A DNA stretch of 64,000 bases from contig CAXBMO010000004.1 of NCBI GenBank assembly GCA_963977015.1, forward strand, positions 288,001 to 352,000. The letters run 5' to 3'. Shown in pieces: positions 55,960 through 64,000 of this stretch. The stretch comes from an uncultured bacterium (GTDB lineage: Bacteria > Verrucomicrobiota > Verrucomicrobiia > Verrucomicrobiales > DEV007). Position numbers and translations under genes: made by a program. Each line of letters begins with the position of its first letter. Position 1 is the stretch's first letter. Below the pieces are notes generated by a model, which had not been told where the DNA came from, searched no databases, and was given only the letters and a program-made list of their open reading frames with translations.

Positions 55960-58900
55960 TTATTTCACGACGATTCGGCCCGGTAATCCGCGCGCCCGCA
56001 CCGAGCGATCATACATCGAATCCGCCAGAACCGGAGGCACGATGAACTCACCTCGCCGGGTAGGGGTGATCTTGTAGCGCAGCAATTGCACCTGCGGTTG
56101 CGCCACGCCGAAGAGCACGACCCGATCCTCCCGAACCTCGTTGAACGCCATTCCCGGCAAGGTCGAGCGCCCGGCCGACAAACTCTCCCGCACCACCTCA
56201 AACCCACCGGGCAACAGATCGGTTAGTGCGACATTGGTGATGGTTTGCCCCTGCTTCAGACTCCGGAGTTGGAGCTGAACGGTAATCGGCTCACCCAGGG
56301 TCGCTTCCGCCAGCGGGTTCCCGTCCTTGTCGAGATAGAGTCGCTCGACCTCAATGCCTTCGCGCAAGGGCTCCGTCGGAACGGTTCGCTCGAAACCGCC
56401 TTCCGTGACCTGATAAAAAATCCCGGACGGCCCGCCTCGGGACGGTGCCGCCGAAAACTTGACCGCATCAGCAGAAAGCGGGACCCCGGCCCGAACAAGC
56501 TTGGTTCCTTCCGTCGGCAGCGCCAACGTGGAATCATCGACGACCTGAGCCAACTCCAACTGAATTGGGAACTGGTCGGCCAGCTCAGAATACCCTTTGA
56601 GAGCCAACACACTGTAGGCAGCGCTGAGGGTACTGAACTCATTGCGGAGAAGAGGATCGAGCAGCGTGCGCAAATCATCACCACTCAGCTTCTTGGCTTC
56701 TTCGGGAAAGTGCCGAGTCAGAATCGCGAGATACTGAGCATCCTGAGCCAGTGCCGGATGAAAGTCATCTTCGGGCGCATCGTCCTTGGCCGGAGGTCGT
56801 TGGCTCGCTCGCTGATAGCCACGAATGAGCCGAGCCGCTTCGGTGCGCTGCTTGAGCAATTGATACGAACCCGCCAGATAGACCGCGGTCAGATCCTTCT
56901 GCCAGGCTTCTTCCTCAGCATTTTTTCTCAGGTAGTCACGCAGGTTGAGAATGTAGTTGGTCGTTACCACGCCGTTCCGGGTCAGCACATAAATGGCGTA
57001 GGCCTGGTCGCGGCAGTCCTGCTTCTCGAGCTTGGTCACTGCCGCCATTTTCCGAAGATTACCCAACGCCCGGGAATGAAGGGCTGGAGGAACCTCAAAT
57101 CCCGCGATCTGAGCCTCGCTGAGATAGTGCGTGGCGTAGATGCTGAGAAAATCGATCGCAGGCGTCTTGGCCGAATACCAATAGCCGAACCCGCCGGAGC
57201 TATTCATCCGGTTCCGCAACATTCGGCAGGTCGCATCCACCTGCTTCTGCACTTCTGCCTTGGTCAGGCCAAAGTCTGCTTCGTCAGCAATGAGCAACCG
57301 GGCCAGTGATCCGCTCACGAGTTGTTCCGTACAGCCATGGGGATACTTGGCGAGGTATTGATCCAAGCCGCGAGTCAGGCTGAGAGGCAACACCGAGGCG
57401 CTCGCTTCCGCCTGATGAAATTCTTCGTGCAAGTCGCGCCCCAGCGACACGTCGAGAGTCGATTTCCCGGTGTAACCGCTTTGCACAATGGTCGTGTAAG
57501 GCGTCGCCGGCCGAATGCTGAGCGTGGACGTTCGGGTGGAGGTTTCGTTGCCGCCGCTCGCCGCAAATTTGAGGGAGGCGCTGCCCAGTTCCCCGGTCGC
57601 ACGAACCCGGAAGGTCAACGTTTCCTCGCGCTCACGGGGAATGGTCATTCCAGCGGGCGGAGGCGTGATCACCTCAAGGTGCTTGCTTGGAGTGACGGTC
57701 AGGCGAATTTCAGCCTCTTCGCCAGTCTCAGGATCCAGGTTATTCCCCAACGTTACAGAGACATCAAACTCGTCACCCGGCGCGGCAAACGTCGGCACCC
57801 CGGGATTGATCAACACCGGGCTGACCAACGTGGTGCGGCTCTCGGCGTGGCCCATTCCATCGCGCGACGCCGCGATCGCCATCACCCGAAGGCTGCCATT
57901 GAAATAGTCGGGCACGTCATAGGTCACTTCGCGGACTTCGGGACCCGCATCCAAAATGCCGGACCAAAACACGACCGGCGCATCGGTGAGCCGCTTGAAT
58001 GGATTGAGCTGAAAATCCGCACCGCCTCCAAAGGCGGAAAGTTGCTCCTGAATGTGACGATGCTCGGGAATGAGGAGATCCAGGATCTGGTAAGTTTGGC
58101 AGAGCAGGGCCCGCTTTCGCTCGAAGTGCGGCAACGGTTTGGGCGTTTCATAGCGGGTAACCTGGAGGATTCCCTCGTCCACCGCGAAGATCGCAATCTT
58201 GCAGTTTCGATCGGCCTGGTAAGGGATGCGCAACGGTTTGCCGGGACGCGCCTTCTCCGCCGGATCGAGGGTCAATTTGATTTCGCGGGAATCATTGACC
58301 ACGCGAAACGGGGTAACCGCGTAACTGAGCGGGCTCATGAAGATTTCCGGAGAATCCAGGGATCGCACAAACGTCACATTGACGTAACCAGTTCCCTCCA
58401 GTTCGTCCGGAACCGCGATCGTCTGAACCGAACTGTTCGTGGTCGTGGTGAAGTATTTGTGCGCGTAAACGCGATCGCGCTCAATCGTGAGCAATCCCGT
58501 GCCGGTAAACGGAGCCGTGATGCTGAGCTCAATCTCTTCGCCACGCCGATATTCCGGCTTCGCCAGTTTGACGAACAACTCCGCATTGTCGTCGAGCGAC
58601 CGGCTCCGGTTTCCCTTGCCAACCACGGAGTATCCCATCTTCGAGAGAAGGTTCCCCTCGGCATCGGAAACCAACAAGCTGAACTCACCGGGCGCCTCGG
58701 TCGGCAGGGCCAGTTCAAAACCATCGGACTGGCCGATGCTCAGCGTTCCCGAGGCAACCTCACGCTCTTTCTTGACCGATTGATAGGCAAAATCGCCACT
58801 GCCCTGTTCTTTCAGAATGGAAACGTAGTAGGTTTCCTCAACGCTATAATTGAGATCCTGGAGATCGATCTTCTCCAATTGCGGATTCACGGCCACGAGC

Positions 58901-61806
58901 TGCACCTTGCGAATCCCGTTTGCCGGAATATAGCGCAATTCCCCATCCGGCTTGTAGCCGACGGCGTGTGGCAGGGGCGAAACCAGGAGACGATTGCTGT
59001 AGGCCTTCACGCTTCTCCCGCTATCGGGTTCGAACACCTCGGCTTGAAAGGAAACGCTGTAGGTCGCCGTTCCAATCGCGCTCATATCGATCGGAATCGT
59101 CACCGCCCCGTTGTCGTCCGTCTGGCTCTTCTTGGTGGCCCAGGTGTGGTACTTGGCCGCCTTGAGATTGCGGTCGAAAAAGACGTAATCCGGAAAGTCG
59201 TCGAAAGAGAAGCGAATCGGACGAGCGGTGACACTGCCCGATACCGAACGCTTTGTGGCCGGGGTCCCGTAGAGGTTCTGAGCATTGACGCTCGCGCTCA
59301 ACCCTGCGGGCGGGATCCAGCCTTTGCCGGACTCCGGCGTAACCTTGGTGCTTACCTTCATCGTGTCCGGCAGGAACTCTTCCACTCGGGCGGAGGTCGA
59401 GGCGAGCAAGGTATCCCTCTGCTTCTTCCCATCCTCATCTTCCTCGTGAACGAGGTAGGCATACAGTTTGTACTCGCCGGTGGAAGACGCGTATTCCGTC
59501 GGGCACTCAAAGTCCGCAAACCCGGACTGCGGCAACGAAACGAGTTGCTCCAGAATGGTTGAGTTGCGGGCGTCTTGAACCACGACCTTGATCGGCAATC
59601 CCGCCAGTTCGCCGCTCCAATCCCGCGGCTTGATGATAAGACCGGCGTGGATCGTATCTCCCGGTCGATACACGCCGCGTTCCGTAAACACAAATCCATC
59701 CAGATCACCAGCGGTGGGCGCGGAGAGACCACCGACATCAAACCGGGAGAAGCTGACGTGCTGCTGATAACGATTAAAGGGGATGAAACTGAGATCGCGA
59801 TCCTTGCGCGCCACGATCGCAACCGGCTGACTCTCGTCTCGAGCGGCTTCGTCCACCGCGGCCAACGTCGCACGCCCAGTTGAATCGGTTACCCCACTCA
59901 CCAACGGCACGCCGTTTTTTCCCAGGACCTGGACTTCCACCGCATCAACCGGAACTCCCAACCCTAACGACTGCACAAAAACGTCGCGCGTCCGGTCGTG
60001 GTTCACCTTGACGACAAGCCCCAAATCCGTGATGAGGACAAACGCGTTATCCCCTTCCTGACCGCCGCCCTTGACGGCTTTCTCTTCCTTGGGATCCCAA
60101 CCCAGCACTCGCAGAAAATAGAGACCCCGATTCAGATCGGGATCGTCCTGGTCCTCCAGATCGAGGAGACGGGAAAAGTCGAGGGTGGAATAATTCGCAG
60201 CATACGAGTCCGAGGAAAGGATGCTTTGCAGCTGCTCGGTGTAATGCCCGAGATTGGTGTCGTTGAAGTTTCGGGAAAAACCGGGGCGGTTAAAATTCCC
60301 GCTCGTCTGGCTCACCAGGTGGTTGATCTCTCCGGCCGGGACGCGACCCAGTCGATACTTCAATCCCGGGAGGTTGCGGGACTTCACCGTGATTTTCCGG
60401 TCTCCAGTCATCGCGAGCAGCCCGCCAAAGCGACCGAGCACATACAGCTCCCTTGGCCCCTGGGGCACGTTTCGCGTGGCGCGATATTCCTCCGCCAATC
60501 GATACCCTCCCAAAGCCGGCGTATCCTTGTCCACCACACAGAGGAGCTGCCGTTCTTCGGGAAGCCGGTCGAAGGTGAAGTCGTAGCGGTCAAAGTGCGT
60601 CCGGCGCTGATCCACGGGCTTGTCCGCATCCTCTCTCGCGTCCGGCGTCAGCTTCACTTCCGTCGACGTTGCGAGGATCTCCTGGCTGACCGAGTCAACC
60701 GTCCAACCCGTCTCCTCCGGCATCAACGGATCCGGATTCTCAGGCTTTTGCCACTTCGGAAGCAGGTAAACCTTGAGATGCTTCAGAAAATCCTCCGGGC
60801 TGGTCAGCCCCTGCGTCCGAATACGCAAGTGCGGTTCGGGCTCGCCGCTATCCTTCCGACGCGTCCCGACAAACACATCCTTGATCTGAAAATAGCTGTA
60901 GAGATCCGGAATCTTCACTTTGCCGGGGATCGCCTTTTCAGTTCGCGAATCCCCCAACGCCACCGGCATCCCGGACTTCAACGTCACCTGGACGAAGTCT
61001 TCTTTTCCCGGCAGTTCAATCGGCTTGGTCCGGACATAGGCGAGACGATCGAAGTCACCCAACCGAATCTCCTCGAGCCGCTCGTCTCCGGCAAACAAGG
61101 GCGCGTCCCCCAGAATCGCAATGTCCAAATGCTTGCGCAGGTCCACCTCCTTCACGCCATGGCTGAACTTGTAAGTGACGACCGCCTGCTTGATCTCCGG
61201 ATTTTTGGGGTTCTGATAGAACTCACCTCTGACCACCTGAGCTGTGAATTTGGCGGTCGCGAATTCCAGGACCGGTTCCTGCAGCGCAACCGTATCGACC
61301 AACAGCCTCTTCGGCTGCATGACCACTTCGTAGGTTCGATCCGGCAACCAGTCGTCGCTAGGGGTAAAGATGAGAACCTTGTCGTTCAGCCATTTCCACG
61401 CGCCGGCGAGCTCGGGTTTGAGCCGAATCCCCTCGGTCACGACACCCTTGCTTGGTTCCGCCAACAGCGCGAGGGGAGCCGAAGCCTCGCTGAACTGCAA
61501 TCGCAACGATGCAGGAACCAACCGGTTCTCCCCATCGATTCTTCGCACGGCGGCAATGCCCGGTTCGCTTACTTTGATCGTCACCAAATTGGGAGGAACC
61601 TTGTCAGGCTGCGCCGCGAGCCAGATCCACACGCTCCCCAGGATCAGCGCAAGAGCGGCCAACGAGATGGAAAATTTTGGTCGCGCGGAGAGCCACTTCC
61701 AGGCGGGCCTGGGCCATGGTGGCGGAGTCCACTTCACCGAAAACGAACCAACCAGGTTCGAGAGAAACGATCCGAGTCGGGACAGGAATTTGGACATAGA
61801 TAACAA
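55960..61806 (-). CDS. bacterial alpha-2-macroglobulin (YfhM-like); start may be ATG 61797
   Basis: 1948 aa; FTERGVYRPGD, AVDEGILQ, thioester YPHGCTEQ (57322-57333), DLLPGGFE, EVREDRV..F, DSMYD. Confidence 0.93.
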   Translation of the reverse strand: MLSMSKFLSRLGSFLSNLVGSFSVKWTPPPWPRPAWKWLSARPKFSISLAALALILGSVWIWLAAQPDKVPPNLVTIKVSEPGIAAVRRIDGENRLVPASLRLQFSEASAPLALLAEPSKGVVTEGIRLKPELAGAWKWLNDKVLIFTPSDDWLPDRTYEVVMQPKRLLVDTVALQEPVLEFATAKFTAQVVRGEFYQNPKNPEIKQAVVTYKFSHGVKEVDLRKHLDIAILGDAPLFAGDERLEEIRLGDFDRLAYVRTKPIELPGKEDFVQVTLKSGMPVALGDSRTEKAIPGKVKIPDLYSYFQIKDVFVGTRRKDSGEPEPHLRIRTQGLTSPEDFLKHLKVYLLPKWQKPENPDPLMPEETGWTVDSVSQEILATSTEVKLTPDAREDADKPVDQRRTHFDRYDFTFDRLPEERQLLCVVDKDTPALGGYRLAEEYRATRNVPQGPRELYVLGRFGGLLAMTGDRKITVKSRNLPGLKYRLGRVPAGEINHLVSQTSGNFNRPGFSRNFNDTNLGHYTEQLQSILSSDSYAANYSTLDFSRLLDLEDQDDPDLNRGLYFLRVLGWDPKEEKAVKGGGQEGDNAFVLITDLGLVVKVNHDRTRDVFVQSLGLGVPVDAVEVQVLGKNGVPLVSGVTDSTGRATLAAVDEAARDESQPVAIVARKDRDLSFIPFNRYQQHVSFSRFDVGGLSAPTAGDLDGFVFTERGVYRPGDTIHAGLIIKPRDWSGELAGLPIKVVVQDARNSTILEQLVSLPQSGFADFECPTEYASSTGEYKLYAYLVHEEDEDGKKQRDTLLASTSARVEEFLPDTMKVSTKVTPESGKGWIPPAGLSASVNAQNLYGTPATKRSVSGSVTARPIRFSFDDFPDYVFFDRNLKAAKYHTWATKKSQTDDNGAVTIPIDMSAIGTATYSVSFQAEVFEPDSGRSVKAYSNRLLVSPLPHAVGYKPDGELRYIPANGIRKVQLVAVNPQLEKIDLQDLNYSVEETYYVSILKEQGSGDFAYQSVKKEREVASGTLSIGQSDGFELALPTEAPGEFSLLVSDAEGNLLSKMGYSVVGKGNRSRSLDDNAELFVKLAKPEYRRGEEIELSITAPFTGTGLLTIERDRVYAHKYFTTTTNSSVQTIAVPDELEGTGYVNVTFVRSLDSPEIFMSPLSYAVTPFRVVNDSREIKLTLDPAEKARPGKPLRIPYQADRNCKIAIFAVDEGILQVTRYETPKPLPHFERKRALLCQTYQILDLLIPEHRHIQEQLSAFGGGADFQLNPFKRLTDAPVVFWSGILDAGPEVREVTYDVPDYFNGSLRVMAIAASRDGMGHAESRTTLVSPVLINPGVPTFAAPGDEFDVSVTLGNNLDPETGEEAEIRLTVTPSKHLEVITPPPAGMTIPREREETLTFRVRATGELGSASLKFAASGGNETSTRTSTLSIRPATPYTTIVQSGYTGKSTLDVSLGRDLHEEFHQAEASASVLPLSLTRGLDQYLAKYPHGCTEQLVSGSLARLLIADEADFGLTKAEVQKQVDATCRMLRNRMNSSGGFGYWYSAKTPAIDFLSIYATHYLSEAQIAGFEVPPALHSRALGNLRKMAAVTKLEKQDCRDQAYAIYVLTRNGVVTTNYILNLRDYLRKNAEEEAWQKDLTAVYLAGSYQLLKQRTEAARLIRGYQRASQRPPAKDDAPEDDFHPALAQDAQYLAILTRHFPEEAKKLSGDDLRTLLDPLLRNEFSTLSAAYSVLALKGYSELADQFPIQLELAQVVDDSTLALPTEGTKLVRAGVPLSADAVKFSAAPSRGGPSGIFYQVTEGGFERTVPTEPLREGIEVERLYLDKDGNPLAEATLGEPITVQLQLRSLKQGQTITNVALTDLLPGGFEVVRESLSAGRSTLPGMAFNEVREDRVVLFGVAQPQVQLLRYKITPTRRGEFIVPPVLADSMYDRSVRARGLPGRIVVK

Positions 61807-61878
61807 GAGGCTTCAGAGCGAATACGCATGCAACGGAAATTCCTTTCAGAATCCGGCAAAAAACGCTTCGAAAAAGCG

Positions 61879-61933
61879 GTCAGCTTTCAGGCGTCAGCTG
61901 TCAGCTTTCAGGCGTCAGCTGTCAGCTTTCAGG
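61879..61933. repeat. tandem repeat, 21-bp unit GTCAGCTTTCAGGCGTCAGCT x2.6 (built from G(C/G)NNTCA heptamers)
   Basis: Two perfect copies (61879-61899, 61900-61920) plus a 13-bp partial copy, intergenic upstream of the A2M gene. Confidence 0.9.
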
Positions 61934-61983
61934 TTCGGCGCCACAAGCTCTTGGAAAACGCGAGGTCTGCGACGTCCCGTTTC

Positions 61984-62871
61984 CTACGGCTTGCCCACCG
62001 GTTCATCGCCCAAAAACTGTTGGCGGATGTAGTTCGTTGCCCGCTTGGCGGAGCCTGATTCTCCGCCCCCGGAAACACCGTGGTTCCCGCCCTTGACGAT
62101 GTACAACTCCACCGGAACGCCAGCGCCTTTCAATGCGGTTTCCAGCACCTCGGCATGTTCAAACGGCACGACGACGTCGGCATCGCCATGGACGATGAGA
62201 ATCGGGGGATCGTCTTCTGAAACAAAGCTCAAGGGCGACACGTCCTTTTTGAGATCCACCGACATTTCAGAGGCTGGAGTTCCCGGTTTGTATCCCAGCA
62301 ACTGCCGGTAGGCCGGGTGCTTGTGCTCGACCTTTCCGAGGAGGCCCCAATCCGTCGGTCCGGCGAACGGGATCGCGAAGGACACTCGGGAACTGAGTTT
62401 GGAAACCGGGTCGTCCGCGCCCGGATCCTGTTCGTCGTCCTGCAACGCGACGTAGGCCGAGAGATGCCCGCCGGCCGAGCCGCCCGTGACCCCGATGCGC
62501 TTCGGATCGAGATTCCACTCACCAGCATGGTGCCGGATGAATTGAATCGCGCGGGCACAATCATCGACCTGCGCCGGATGGATGGCGACATTGGTAAAGC
62601 GATACTCGACCGAAACGACGGCAAGCCATCCCGCAGCATTCGCTTCCGCCAAATAGCGTGGAATGCGATTCTTCGAGCCGGCACGCCATCCTCCGCCGTG
62701 AATGTAAACCATGACCGGGGCCGGTGCCTCCGAGTCGGCGAGGTAGACATCCAGAATTTGAGTGGGATGCTCATCATCATAGGGAACATCTTTGTGCGTT
62801 GGTGTCTGAGCATGGGCGATGAGCGGGCTCAGCCCAAACAGGGCGAGGAGGAGTCGAATCGGGGTTTTCAT
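61984..62871 (-). CDS. secreted alpha/beta hydrolase (HSL-like esterase, BD-FAE-like)
   Basis: Signal peptide; IHGGGW, GGSAGGH, HGDAD..VP, GNHG. Confidence 0.9.
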   Translation of the reverse strand: MKTPIRLLLALFGLSPLIAHAQTPTHKDVPYDDEHPTQILDVYLADSEAPAPVMVYIHGGGWRAGSKNRIPRYLAEANAAGWLAVVSVEYRFTNVAIHPAQVDDCARAIQFIRHHAGEWNLDPKRIGVTGGSAGGHLSAYVALQDDEQDPGADDPVSKLSSRVSFAIPFAGPTDWGLLGKVEHKHPAYRQLLGYKPGTPASEMSVDLKKDVSPLSFVSEDDPPILIVHGDADVVVPFEHAEVLETALKGAGVPVELYIVKGGNHGVSGGGESGSAKRATNYIRQQFLGDEPVGKP

Positions 62872-63020
62872 GGGTTGATGGGTGGGACGAGGAAGGCGAG
62901 TTGGTTCCCGATCCCTTGCTTGCTTCTACCACTCGACCACCCCGGTTTGCAAGCCATTGCACACCCCTCTCCTTCTCTCGACTCCGCCAGTTTCCCTGAA
63001 TTCCCGAAATTCGTTCCCGA

Positions 63021-64000
63021 CTACCTTCGGGCGGAACGTCCATCCTCCGAGCCGGAACGCTGGGTTCCTCGCTTGTTGGGGAAGAGATCGTACTTGTCCA
63101 GTTTTTCGCGCAAGGTCACCCGGGAAACTCCCAGCAACCGGGAAAGCTTGCTCTGGTTGCCTCCTGCATAGTTGATGGCTTCGGAATAGGCGGCCCGCTC
63201 GAATTCTTCCTGCAAAATGGAGAACACCCGTGCTTCCTCTCCCGCCTCCGCTTTTTGCAGCAAATCACGCATCCGTTTTGCCACATTCAGCTCATCCGAC
63301 ACGGCGGAGAGTGGAACAGCGGTCAACAGCTCGTCGACCAGTTGCGCGGTGATGGCATACCCTTGATTCTGGAGGAGCGCTCTTCGTATGACGCTTTCGA
63401 GTTCCGTTACATTTCCCGGCCAGGAGTAGTCCATCAGCCGGTCGTACGCTTCGGGTTCAATTTCCGGAACGATCACGTCCAGGGAGGCGGCATACTGGTC
63501 CAGGATGTACTCAGCCAGCATTCGCACATCGCCTTCGCGCTCTCGAAGTGGCGGCACATAGACGTGAGCGGCATTGAGCCTCAGGAAAAAATCCTCGTTC
63601 ACTTCCTGCTCTTGAATCGCGTTCTCCAGATCGGAATTTGTCGCCGCTATCAACCGGACATTCGCCGGAATTTTCTCGAAACCTCCAATCCGTGTGAATC
63701 CCTGGTCCTGAAGTAGTTGAAGCAGTTTTGCCTGAATCTGGGGTTCGATTTCGCCCAGCTCATCCAAAAACAGGGTCCCACCATGGGCTTGCTCGATCCG
63801 CCCTATTCTGCGGGTGATAGCACCGGGAAACGCGCCTTTCTCATGCCCAAACAACTCGCTCTCCAGCATCGGCTCCGAGATCGTTGCACAGTTCACGGCG
63901 ATGAACGGTTTGTCAGCCCGGTCGCTATGTTGCCAGATGGCCCGGGCGACGAGATTCTTCCCTGTCCCGGCCTCGCCTCGAATCAAAACCGCGTCCGTTT
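63021..64000 (-). CDS. sigma54-activator (NtrC/Fis)-like transcriptional regulator, 5' end outside the window, with degenerate motifs
   Basis: [48 protein letters not shown]; Fis-type [21 protein letters not shown]. Confidence 0.9.
   Translation of the reverse strand, partial: TDAVLIRGEAGTGKNLVARAIWQHSDRADKPFIAVNCATISEPMLESELFGHEKGAFPGAITRRIGRIEQAHGGTLFLDELGEIEPQIQAKLLQLLQDQGFTRIGGFEKIPANVRLIAATNSDLENAIQEQEVNEDFFLRLNAAHVYVPPLREREGDVRMLAEYILDQYAASLDVIVPEIEPEAYDRLMDYSWPGNVTELESVIRRALLQNQGYAITAQLVDELLTAVPLSAVSDELNVAKRMRDLLQKAEAGEEARVFSILQEEFERAAYSEAINYAGGNQSKLSRLLGVSRVTLREKLDKYDLFPNKRGTQRSGSEDGRSARR

Noticed and set aside
57322-61803. Long plus-strand ORFs (746 aa, 601 aa) opposite A2M, and similar ones opposite the dcw and TPR genes
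   Set aside because: Expected antisense open frames given GC-rich codon usage; no domain signatures.
61879-61933. CRISPR array
   Set aside because: The repeats are contiguous with no spacers, and there are no cas genes in the window.

Overview
GC-rich bacterial chromosomal segment, most likely PVC superphylum and probably Verrucomicrobiota. That call is inferred from the PVC-type CxxCH heme protein, DUF1080, DUF3500, PQQ-like propeller and a LysM gene after murD. The window holds about 48 densely packed protein genes: a truncated PVC-type heme-binding protein, modA, a coiled-coil/TPR protein, two HNH proteins, glgX, Uma2, a five-gene DCC1/DUF2071/desaturase operon behind a palindromic operator, an inverse autotransporter with a beta-helix passenger, a Ser/Thr kinase, a partial dcw cluster (rsmH-ftsL-ftsI-murE-murF-mraY-murD-LysM), TMEM43, mntR, gyrB, a CE15 esterase, an SDR/FAH/MIF catabolic group, an RND efflux system, alpha-2-macroglobulin-pbpC and a degenerate sigma54-activator-like regulator. 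The strongest new observation is a SelW/Rdx-type selenoprotein gene (44541-44765) that the ORF track misses. It has a CxxU motif, an in-frame TGA and a bacterial SECIS-like hairpin. I saw no rRNA, tRNA, CRISPR array or transposase. All family calls come from motif recognition by eye; no database searches were run.
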